Under the pieces are notes generated by a model. That model was given only the letters and a program-made list of their open reading frames with translations. It made no database searches and had not been told where the DNA came from. The position numbers were made by a program, and so were the translations under genes. A DNA stretch of 64,000 nucleotides from an uncultured Methanomicrobiales archaeon (GTDB lineage Archaea > Halobacteriota > Methanomicrobia > Methanomicrobiales > JACTUA01), in assembly GCA_964551875.1 (NCBI GenBank), contig CAZKEV010000002.1:16047-80046 (forward strand), written 5' to 3'. Below are positions 1 to 7,536 of this stretch, piece after piece (the first letter of the stretch is position 1; every line of letters begins with the position of its first letter).

Positions 1-28
1 GAAGAAGCGAGACAACCCGAGGGAAAAA

Positions 29-1120
29 GTGAGCCAGCCATCGACAAGTGAAATCGTCCCCCATGACGAGAGACGGTATTGGGGGAAGTACCGGGGGATC
101 GTGATGGACAATAACGATCCCATGCGCCTTGGCCGCGTGAAGTGTCGGGTTCCCGAGATCCTCGGCCTCATGCTCTCCACGGACTGGGCTGTCATTTCGG
201 CAGGCTCCTATGGCGGGCAGATGAACAGCGGGTTCTTCGCCCCCCCGGACATTGGCGCGGCGGTCTTTGTGGAGTTCGAGAGCGGGGACGTGAATCGCCC
301 CATGGTGACCGGGACCTGGTGGGGGCAGATGACCGGGATGCCTCCAGAAACGCCCTCCCTGGCCCGCCAGGACGGCCAATTGTGCTGGAAGACGGACCCC
401 AGCACCTTGAGCCCCAAGGGCGACGACAAATTCAAGAGCGCGTCCTGCACGGATGAGTGCCAGCCGGGCTCGCCCCTGCGGACCAAGGGGCCGCCGCAGT
501 ACCCGTTCAACAAGGTCTTCAGGACGAAGAACAACGGGATCACCGTCGAGGTGGACGACACCCCCGGTCTGGGAAGAATCCACATTTGGCATGGCCCGTC
601 GAAGTCCTGGGTGGAGATCGACTCGACGGGGGAGCTCTCGATCCGGGTTGCCGGAAAGTCCTACCGGCTCGTGGAGATGGACGACCGGCACCATGTCATA
701 ATGAACCAGCACACGTTGGTGGAAATGGATCACACGGTCAAGGTCGGGAAGGACCGTTGGCTGGAGGTCGCGGCCAAGGAAACGAGGCAACTCAAGGGGG
801 CGAGGGACACCTTCGTGACGGGGCAGGAGCAGAGGGTGAACCAAGGCGGGCTCAAGCAGTGGGCGGTCGGGGACCGAACGGATGTGATTTTCGGAAACTA
901 CACCCTCTGGGTGATGGGGAGCATGACCACGAACATCTTCGGGAGCTACTCGCGGCAGGCGATGGGAAGCATCGAGGACAAGGCATTGACGATTTCTCAC
1001 AAGATGGGAGCCCCGACCGGGTCTCCTCCGACGCAGCCGACGCCGCCCCCGTGCCCTGGACAGCTGACTTGTCCTCCTGTCCCACTCGATACGACCTGTC
1101 CCGATCCGCCAAGCCTGTAG
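29..1120 (+). CDS. Baseplate central hub/spike protein (P2 gpV / Mu gp45 / T4 gp5 OB-fold family, VgrG-like)
   Basis: 363-aa ORF, GTG 29 after GAGGGAAAAA. N-terminus YWGKYRGIVMDNNDPMRLGRVKCRVPEI...GFFAPPDIGAAVFVEFESGDVNRPMVTG is the conserved OB-fold signature of baseplate-V/VgrG proteins. PAAR-like, gp25-like and J-like genes follow. Confidence 0.8.
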   Translation: MSQPSTSEIVPHDERRYWGKYRGIVMDNNDPMRLGRVKCRVPEILGLMLSTDWAVISAGSYGGQMNSGFFAPPDIGAAVFVEFESGDVNRPMVTGTWWGQMTGMPPETPSLARQDGQLCWKTDPSTLSPKGDDKFKSASCTDECQPGSPLRTKGPPQYPFNKVFRTKNNGITVEVDDTPGLGRIHIWHGPSKSWVEIDSTGELSIRVAGKSYRLVEMDDRHHVIMNQHTLVEMDHTVKVGKDRWLEVAAKETRQLKGARDTFVTGQEQRVNQGGLKQWAVGDRTDVIFGNYTLWVMGSMTTNIFGSYSRQAMGSIEDKALTISHKMGAPTGSPPTQPTPPPCPGQLTCPPVPLDTTCPDPPSL

Positions 1121-1128
1121 GGGGGAAT

Positions 1129-1668
1129 ATGGCTTCTCACAAGATGACGGACGAGAACTCGTGGCGGAAAGCCTTTGAGGCAGATCCCGAGCTGGGGGCC
1201 TGCATCCGAAAGGCCTCCTCGATCATCTTGGAAGAGGTGACCGGGGAGAGGTTGCGCCGAGCGAAGGATATCGCTGACCAGGTGGTACTATATTTTCAAG
1301 AGCGGAGAGATCGCCTGGAGGACGTGATCCACGAGCTTGGGTGCTTGGAGGAGATTCTCAAGCGGATCGTCACCTTCTCGGGGGAGGGGCAGCTCCTGAA
1401 GGAGAACCTGGAGTCCCGGCGGAACGCCCTCATGGAAGAGAGGATGGAGATCGAGATTCGGTTGCGCCCCGAAGACCTTCCAGCCAGGGCGGAAGGATGC
1501 GTCAAGACCTACGAGGAGATGAAGATTCAGAGGGAGAACGCGGAGTTCTTCCTTGAGATCCTTGACGGAGGGACCGATGCCTCAGCCGGTGGCGTACCTG
1601 GGATCGTTGACGAGCCACGGAGCCCCGGTGATAACGGGGCCTCTCCTGACCCCCTATGTGACCTGTGA
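1129..1668 (+). CDS. Hypothetical coiled-coil protein of the baseplate module
   Basis: ATG 1129, 9 nt after the hub stop. 179 aa, E/K/R/L-rich with GC3-rich codons. The 3' end overlaps the PAAR-like ORF in another frame. Confidence 0.5.
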   Translation: MASHKMTDENSWRKAFEADPELGACIRKASSIILEEVTGERLRRAKDIADQVVLYFQERRDRLEDVIHELGCLEEILKRIVTFSGEGQLLKENLESRRNALMEERMEIEIRLRPEDLPARAEGCVKTYEEMKIQRENAEFFLEILDGGTDASAGGVPGIVDEPRSPGDNGASPDPLCDL

Positions 1669-1816
1669 CTGCGGGGTCATGGCGAAAGTGACGGACATGG
1701 TTGGGCCGCACATGCACGGCATGATCCCGCAGCCAGCGAGTCCATTCCCGTTGGGATCGCTGGTGACCACCATCGAGGGGCTGGGGGTTTTGAGGGTTGG
1801 CGACACGGCAACGTGA
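1577..1816 (+). CDS. PAAR-like spike-tip protein, ending at an in-frame TGA; possible extension to 1867
   Basis: Three PAAR-like repeats (PVAYLGSLTSHG, GVMAKVTDMVGPHMHG, GLGVLRVGDTAT) in a ~80-aa protein next to the hub gene. The start at ATG 1577 is chosen to include the first repeat. The stop at 1814-1816 lies where PAAR domains carry a conserved Cys (see finding). Confidence 0.6.
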   Translation: MPQPVAYLGSLTSHGAPVITGPLLTPYVTCDCGVMAKVTDMVGPHMHGMIPQPASPFPLGSLVTTIEGLGVLRVGDTAT

Positions 1817-1877
1817 GGGGCGGTGATCCTTCCGGGGCCGTGCGTCCCGAACACGACAAGCGATTAGGGAGGCTTCC

Positions 1878-2345
1878 ATGCCTGGTGTCTCCGAGTTCTT
1901 GGCCCGCCTCACGGACCCGCAATGGGACTCCGTCCTGATGGTCATCCAGGAGCTGCAGGACAGTGCGGCTCCCGAGAGGATGGAAAGCCTCCGGAAGTTC
2001 TTGGTCTCTTTGAACGTGGAGATCGACCAGATCAACCGCAAGCGAGACGTCCTGGGGCAGAAGGCAGACAACATCAAGGCGGTCGTCTTCATGATTGAGG
2101 GATACCTCAAGGGGAACCCCGACCTGGAGGTGGAGCTTCTCAAGAACGTCCTCGTTATGTGGGAGTCCTCCTTGCGGCTGGAGATTGCCGAACTTCGGCC
2201 CTCCGAAAAGCTGGAAAAAAAGTATGATACGGAGAGGAAGCGGAACTTTCTCATCCAGATCCAGGCTCTCGTGTCGAACCTGAACGTGGAGATGAGGCAG
2301 TCGAAGGCAAGTTCTCCGCAAAGCGTTTGCGGAAAGAAGGTCTGA
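1878..2345 (+). CDS. Hypothetical protein (baseplate module, coiled-coil)
   Basis: ATG 1878 after GGGAGG. 155 aa. Stop TGA overlaps the next start (ATGA). Confidence 0.6.
   Translation: MPGVSEFLARLTDPQWDSVLMVIQELQDSAAPERMESLRKFLVSLNVEIDQINRKRDVLGQKADNIKAVVFMIEGYLKGNPDLEVELLKNVLVMWESSLRLEIAELRPSEKLEKKYDTERKRNFLIQIQALVSNLNVEMRQSKASSPQSVCGKKV
2317..2331. repeat. Palindrome CGCAAA-GCG-TTTGCG (copy 1, intragenic)
   Basis: Direct reading. The flanking C/G extend it to a 17-bp palindrome. Confidence 0.9.
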
Positions 2346-2791
2346 TGGTCACGCGGTCGGACATCATCGGGCGGGGCTGGGCCTTCCCCTTCCGATTTTC
2401 CTCCTTGGGACGGGTGGGGAAGATGGTGGGGGTGACCCCATCCGATTCCATCGAGAAGGTCCGCATGGCCATCCGGCAGATCCTCGGGACGAATATCGGG
2501 AGCCGGATGATCGACCGCGAATTCGGATCCGATCTTCGGAACATCCTTTTCTACCCCATCGACGAGCTTTCCGCCTCTCGGGTTCGCCTCGCCACGGTGG
2601 AGGCCATCCAGCGGTGGGAGAAGCGGGTGGAGATTCTGGAATCCGAGGTGTCCATCGAGCGGGCGAAGGATGGTGTCATCGAGGTGGACGTCACCCTTCG
2701 TTTGGTTTCGACCCAGCAGGTTTTCAATCTGGTCTACCCCTACTATTTGACCCCGGAAATGATGGTTGTGGACCAGATCAACGTCATCTGA
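2345..2791 (+). CDS. Baseplate wedge protein, gp25 / gpW family (lysozyme-like fold)
   Basis: IGRGWAFPFRF...IEKVRMAIRQILGTNIGSRMIDREFGSDL...EAIQRWEKRVEI matches the GPW_gp25 signature. The ATG at 2345 overlaps the upstream stop. Confidence 0.8.
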   Translation: MVTRSDIIGRGWAFPFRFSSLGRVGKMVGVTPSDSIEKVRMAIRQILGTNIGSRMIDREFGSDLRNILFYPIDELSASRVRLATVEAIQRWEKRVEILESEVSIERAKDGVIEVDVTLRLVSTQQVFNLVYPYYLTPEMMVVDQINVI

Positions 2792-2804
2792 CGGAGGGGG
2801 CAGC

Positions 2805-4586
2805 ATGGTTGCGAATCCCATTACGCTGACGCGGGTTTCGCAGCGAATCCCGCCGATCGACTACACCAGTCGCGATTTCGAGGCAATTTCTCAAGATCTC
2901 GTGCGGGCGATTCCATTTTTTGCTCCGGAATGGACAGATCACAATTTGTCGGACTTCGGAATCGTTCTTCAGCGGCTCCTGGCGATGATGGGCGACTGCC
3001 TCCACTTCTACATCGACCGGGGGGCCAACGAGGCGTTCCTTCCTACGGCCATCACCCGGCGTTCGGTCATCTACCTCCTCCGGCTCATCAACTTCACCCT
3101 GAACAGCGCGGCCCCGGCATCCGTGGACGTCGTCTTCTCTCTTCAGAATCCCTTGGGCGGAGACCTCGTGATCCCCAAGGGAACTCTTCTCCAGACCACG
3201 GCGGACGCCACGGACAAGCCCGTCTACTTCGAGACCACGGCGGACGCGGTGATCCCAGGGGGGCAACTGGACGTGACGGTCGCGGCGGTGGAGGGACAGA
3301 CCAAGAGCGAGAATGTCGGGATCAGCAGGGGCATTCCGAGACAGCGGTTCACTCTCTCTGGGACTCCGATCATCGACGGAACCCTCGAAATCTGGATCGA
3401 CGAGGGCGTTGGAGATCAGCTCTGGCAGGAGATTGACTCCTTCGCCTACGCCGGATCGGACGACAAGGTGTTCGTTACCAATCGAGACGAGAACAATCTC
3501 GTCACCGTATTCTTCGGTGACAACGCCCAGGGCAAGATTCCTGACCAGGGGGCGATCATCCGGTCGGATTACCGGGTTGGGGGCGGGGCGAATGGGAATG
3601 TGCCGGAGAACACGATTACGGCGATCAACGCGGTCTTCACTTTCAACGGAGCCCCCGTGGGCGTGGCGGTGACGAACCCCAACGCGGCGAGCGGTGGCGA
3701 AGAAGCCATGACCATCGACGAGGCCAAGGTAGCGGGACCGAGGAGCCTCCTGGCCCTGAATCGGGCGGTCACGGCCCAGGACTTCGTCGCCTTGACCGAA
3801 GCCTACCCCGGTGTGGCGAAGGCGTTTGTGGTCGTGGGAGCGACCCCGATGGACCCGTCGAGCGGGTGCTGTTGCCTCGTGCGTCTCACCTTCGCCCCCA
3901 CGGGAGGGGGCTTGCCGTCGAGCCAGCTAAAGGCCGATATTCTGGCCTACTTCGAGACCAGGAAGATGATCGGGACTTGCCTGGAGATTGTGGATCCCGA
4001 GTACCAGCCGGTGGACGGTGCGGGGACGATCTACATGGCGAGCAACTTCTCCACGGAGCAGGGTGCCCTGGATGTTGACCAGTCGATCACCAACTTCTTC
4101 GCGCTTGGGAGTGAGTTCGTAGGATTCGGCCAGTCGCTCTACCTGTCGGATTTCTACCGCCTCCTGGATTCGATCCCGGGGGTCGACCACGCCGACCTCA
4201 CGGAGCTGACCCGGAGGCCCGTTCCCGGGTGCGGGCCGTGGAGCGGGGACTGCGAGCTCAAGAACTTCGTGGTGGGTGCGACGGCGAAGAACGAGGAATG
4301 GACGGTCACCATGACGTCCATCACCACGTTCTCGGTGATCGGGACGGTGAGCGGGATCCAGAACCCCGGAACCGTGGGGGTGAACTACACCACGAACGGC
4401 GGGGAAGTCTCGTTCAAGATCGAATGCGGAGGAGGCCCCGCGCCCGTGGTGGGGGACAGGTGCAAGTTCACGACCAGTCCAAAGGTCGCCAACGTACCCA
4501 TGAAGCCGGTCGAGATCATGACGAGGGGCAACTTCGTGTTCAACTTCATCGGCAGCGCGAGGCCGCAGAGGGTGTGCCCAGTATGA
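2805..4586 (+). CDS. Baseplate J-like protein (P2 gpJ / T4 gp6 family)
   Basis: ATG 2805 after GGAGGGGG. IDYTSRDFEAISQDLVRAIPFFAPEWTDHNLSDFGIVLQRLLAMMGDCLHFYIDRGANEAFLPTA is a typical Baseplate_J N-terminus. Its position after gp25-like is canonical. Confidence 0.85.
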   Translation: MVANPITLTRVSQRIPPIDYTSRDFEAISQDLVRAIPFFAPEWTDHNLSDFGIVLQRLLAMMGDCLHFYIDRGANEAFLPTAITRRSVIYLLRLINFTLNSAAPASVDVVFSLQNPLGGDLVIPKGTLLQTTADATDKPVYFETTADAVIPGGQLDVTVAAVEGQTKSENVGISRGIPRQRFTLSGTPIIDGTLEIWIDEGVGDQLWQEIDSFAYAGSDDKVFVTNRDENNLVTVFFGDNAQGKIPDQGAIIRSDYRVGGGANGNVPENTITAINAVFTFNGAPVGVAVTNPNAASGGEEAMTIDEAKVAGPRSLLALNRAVTAQDFVALTEAYPGVAKAFVVVGATPMDPSSGCCCLVRLTFAPTGGGLPSSQLKADILAYFETRKMIGTCLEIVDPEYQPVDGAGTIYMASNFSTEQGALDVDQSITNFFALGSEFVGFGQSLYLSDFYRLLDSIPGVDHADLTELTRRPVPGCGPWSGDCELKNFVVGATAKNEEWTVTMTSITTFSVIGTVSGIQNPGTVGVNYTTNGGEVSFKIECGGGPAPVVGDRCKFTTSPKVANVPMKPVEIMTRGNFVFNFIGSARPQRVCPV

Positions 4587-4792
4587 GCCAAGATAACATC
4601 GTCAAAAATCAATGCGCCTCGGATCAGCTTGGCTGGAGACTGAACTTGATCGAGGCCAGCGCCCGGGGCATTTTGAGCCACTTCCCCCTCCTGGGGATCG
4701 AGGAGGACGAGGCGAAGAAGTTCCGGGGCTACCTTGACGAGATCGTGAAGGTGGCCAGGGAACGGTTCATGGAAGCGACGGGGGGAAAGTGA
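4583..4792 (+). CDS. Hypothetical small protein
   Basis: 69 aa. ATGA overlap with the J stop and GTGA overlap with the next gene. Normal amino-acid composition. Confidence 0.45.
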   Translation: MSQDNIVKNQCASDQLGWRLNLIEASARGILSHFPLLGIEEDEAKKFRGYLDEIVKVARERFMEATGGK

Positions 4793-5976
4793 TCGGTCCA
4801 ACCGCTCTCGTCACTGACACGAGGCTCGTCCAGAACGCGGCCATCCGGCGCGGCCTGGAGGGGCCTCAGCTCGTCGTGGAGTGGGACGCCCCGCTGACGC
4901 CCCCCCTGGGGGGGATCGTCCGCGTCCTGCGGAAGCAGTACGAGTTTGCGAACGACCCCTACGACGTCGCTGCCGACATCGTGTACGAGGGGGACGTTGA
5001 CGGGGGGTACGTCGCGGACACGGATTTGGGGGCCTGCCACTGCTACTACTACACCATCTTCGTTTTCGACCCCCTCACTTTCCAGTGGGTCTATTCGGTG
5101 GGAACCCAGGTGAGCCTCCTGGCCATCGAGACCGGGTTCTTCACCAACAAGCTGTTCAACCTCCTCCCGAACATCTACATCCTCGGGGACAAGCTCCTTG
5201 ACGAGAACGACCCCTACGGGTCGGTCTTCCCCCTGGAACGCGTTCTCGACGTGGATGGGCACGAGTGGTTCAACATCCACGAGAATACCGATTCCACCAA
5301 GGAGCCGAAGAAGCGGGGGCCGTTGAACCGCTTCCTCAAGACCCTGGCGACCGAGCTTGACATCGTGAAGGGGCTGATCGACTGCATGTCGACCCTCTGG
5401 GACGCGGATGAAACGTGCTGCGACAACCTTCCCGCCCTGGGCGAGCTGACCGGGACGGAAGTCAATCGGGATTTTCCATGCACGAAGCAGAGGGAGGAGA
5501 TCAAGCAGCAGGTCGCCATCCTCAAGATCAAGGGGACGCCGCAGGCGATCCTGGCGCGGGCGCGACTGATTTCAGGTTTCCATGTGGAGATCCAGGAGTG
5601 GTGCCACAACATCCTGATCTCTAACCGACTCGACCGCACGAGTGTGCGGATTCCAAATCCCGAGATCACGCTGCACTACCGTCGGTGCGGGGACGACACG
5701 GACTTCACCCCCGGCCAGGAGATCACGTTCCAGTCCTTCACCCTCTGTTTTTACTTGGAGTGTGACGACTGCCTTTCCCAGCAGATCGTGGAGAAACTGG
5801 CCCGAATTCTTCCGACGGAGTATCCTGTATGTCGGAGCGGGTACTTCCACTTCGAGGATTGTCGGTTCCAGGAGATCAACCGGCCCCAGCAAGAATCCTG
5901 GTGGGACGTCGAGGAGTTCGGCCAGCAGAACCGAGTGAACATCGCCCGCGTGAACCTTGGGCGGGCGGTCGGATAG
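4789..5976 (+). CDS. Baseplate/tail protein, P2 gpI-like (tail protein I family) with extra N-terminal domain
   Basis: 395 aa. NLLPNIYILGD...GPLNRFLKTLATELDIVKGLIDCMSTLWDADETCCDNLPALGELTG...REEIKQQVAILKIKGTPQAI resembles the Phage_tail_I signature. It follows the J-like gene as in P2. Confidence 0.65.
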   Translation: MIGPTALVTDTRLVQNAAIRRGLEGPQLVVEWDAPLTPPLGGIVRVLRKQYEFANDPYDVAADIVYEGDVDGGYVADTDLGACHCYYYTIFVFDPLTFQWVYSVGTQVSLLAIETGFFTNKLFNLLPNIYILGDKLLDENDPYGSVFPLERVLDVDGHEWFNIHENTDSTKEPKKRGPLNRFLKTLATELDIVKGLIDCMSTLWDADETCCDNLPALGELTGTEVNRDFPCTKQREEIKQQVAILKIKGTPQAILARARLISGFHVEIQEWCHNILISNRLDRTSVRIPNPEITLHYRRCGDDTDFTPGQEITFQSFTLCFYLECDDCLSQQIVEKLARILPTEYPVCRSGYFHFEDCRFQEINRPQQESWWDVEEFGQQNRVNIARVNLGRAVG

Positions 5977-5985
5977 AGGTGGTCG

Positions 5986-7041
5986 ATGTCGTACGAGACG
6001 AAATGGGACGAGTGGGACAACCTCCACCTGATCCTTGACGAGCGCCTCTCCGGCTTCCTGCGCTTCATCAAGAACTTCGTGATGGGTGGGTACGGGTTGA
6101 CCGACCCGGCCCTCGGGCTGTTTGTCCAGGTGGGGCAGCTCGGCCTGAACGTCGCCTACTGCAACGGCTACGAGCTGAAGCAGATGGACGCGGTGTTCGC
6201 CCCCCTGGTGAATGCCCCTACAAATTACATCTACCTCCACTTCACGAAGACGGTGGATCCAGGCGGCGGGTATCTGGCCATCACTCTGGACATCACGGTG
6301 AACCAGACGGGGGTTGCCCCCGTCGACGGGAATTTCATCAAGCTGGGCGAGGTGGACACGGCGGCAGGAGTCATTACGGCAATCCGGGAGGATGATAATC
6401 GGTACAAGATCCACACCTCCCAGCTCGACGACGACATCGAGGGCAACCGGAGGTTTATCAACCGGCTGACCCTCCAGAGGGGGGCCGCCTTCCCAGTGAC
6501 CCCGGCCCCCATCCAGTCGGAGCTGTTTTGGAGGACGGATCTCCTCCAGCTCTACGTCTTCGACGGGGTGGTGTGGCAGCCCCTGACCCCGGGGGCACCT
6601 CCGGGCGCGGTCATTTTCACGGTGAACCCTCTGGGCTTGCCGGTCCTCATGGGGGAGATGATGTACGTGGGGCCAAACCCCCCGGCAACCCCTGGAACCG
6701 TGACGCAGGCCATCGCCCTCGCCATGGCCACGGCGGAGGTTGTGGGGGCGGCGATGGCCCCATTCACCCCCCCAGGGGCTCCCGGGCCGTTCATGACGTG
6801 GCACGGGACGACCGGGACCGCCTTCTACGAGACCGCCGCCCCGCCGGTCGTCCCCCCCATCCCGGGCCGGAAGGTGTGGCTCTCCAAGCTCACGCCGGGG
6901 GCGGTGACCACCCTGGCCCCCGCGAACCCGTGCGCGAGGAAGGTCCTCGGGGTCATCACGGACAACAGCGTGTTCGCCTGGCCGATGAATCCCTACCTCA
7001 CGGTCTTGTGGGCTCCCGAGCCCACGATTTGGGTTCCATAG
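5986..7041 (+). CDS. Putative tail fibre / baseplate-attached structural protein
   Basis: 351 aa with ATG after GAGGTGG. Sits in the fibre module. No motif recognised. Confidence 0.5.
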   Translation: MSYETKWDEWDNLHLILDERLSGFLRFIKNFVMGGYGLTDPALGLFVQVGQLGLNVAYCNGYELKQMDAVFAPLVNAPTNYIYLHFTKTVDPGGGYLAITLDITVNQTGVAPVDGNFIKLGEVDTAAGVITAIREDDNRYKIHTSQLDDDIEGNRRFINRLTLQRGAAFPVTPAPIQSELFWRTDLLQLYVFDGVVWQPLTPGAPPGAVIFTVNPLGLPVLMGEMMYVGPNPPATPGTVTQAIALAMATAEVVGAAMAPFTPPGAPGPFMTWHGTTGTAFYETAAPPVVPPIPGRKVWLSKLTPGAVTTLAPANPCARKVLGVITDNSVFAWPMNPYLTVLWAPEPTIWVP

Positions 7042-7089
7042 ACTTGAGAATTTCTTCTTGGTATACTTGGGAAAACGTGGAGAGGCGGA

Positions 7090-7521
7090 ATGACCTACCC
7101 GGCGAGAGTGCTGGCACTGACGGAGGACGGGGAGCTTGAGGCTCTCTCCCCCGACCAGTTCGAGATGCTCTCGGATGTGGAGATGCTTCAAGGGCCGACC
7201 CTTCCCGGGCTCCTCGACGCGGTGTACCTCTCCTCCTCCGGGACGGTGGACAAGACCACGGGTCGCACGACCACCAGCCCGTGCATCGGGTTCGTCGTCG
7301 GGATCCTCCTGGGCGGGAAGGTCCTGATGCGGAGGGAGGGGGAGGTTGACGGGTTGGCACTCGTGGCTGGGGACGTCTACTACGTGGACACGGTGACTCC
7401 CGGGGCGATCACGAATGCCCCGGTTCCATTGAATAGCGGAAGGGTGTTGCAGAGGGTGGGAAAGGCCGTAACGGCGAACAAGCTTCTGCTGACCCTCGAC
7501 GGGGATTTTACCGTTCTCTGA
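7090..7521 (+). CDS. Hypothetical structural protein
   Basis: 143 aa with ATG after GGAGAGGCGG. C-terminal pattern GDVYYVD...GAIT...VLQRVGKAV is common in fibre tip/adaptor proteins (weak evidence). Confidence 0.45.
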   Translation: MTYPARVLALTEDGELEALSPDQFEMLSDVEMLQGPTLPGLLDAVYLSSSGTVDKTTGRTTTSPCIGFVVGILLGGKVLMRREGEVDGLALVAGDVYYVDTVTPGAITNAPVPLNSGRVLQRVGKAVTANKLLLTLDGDFTVL

Positions 7522-7536
7522 TGAGGAGGATACGAG

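Noticed and set aside
1129-1816. Programmed frameshift fusing the 1129-1668 coiled-coil ORF to the overlapping PAAR-like ORF.
   Set aside because: The 92-nt overlap is suggestive, but I see no slippery heptamer or downstream structure, and PAAR proteins are normally free-standing. I keep it as two genes with an uncertain PAAR start.
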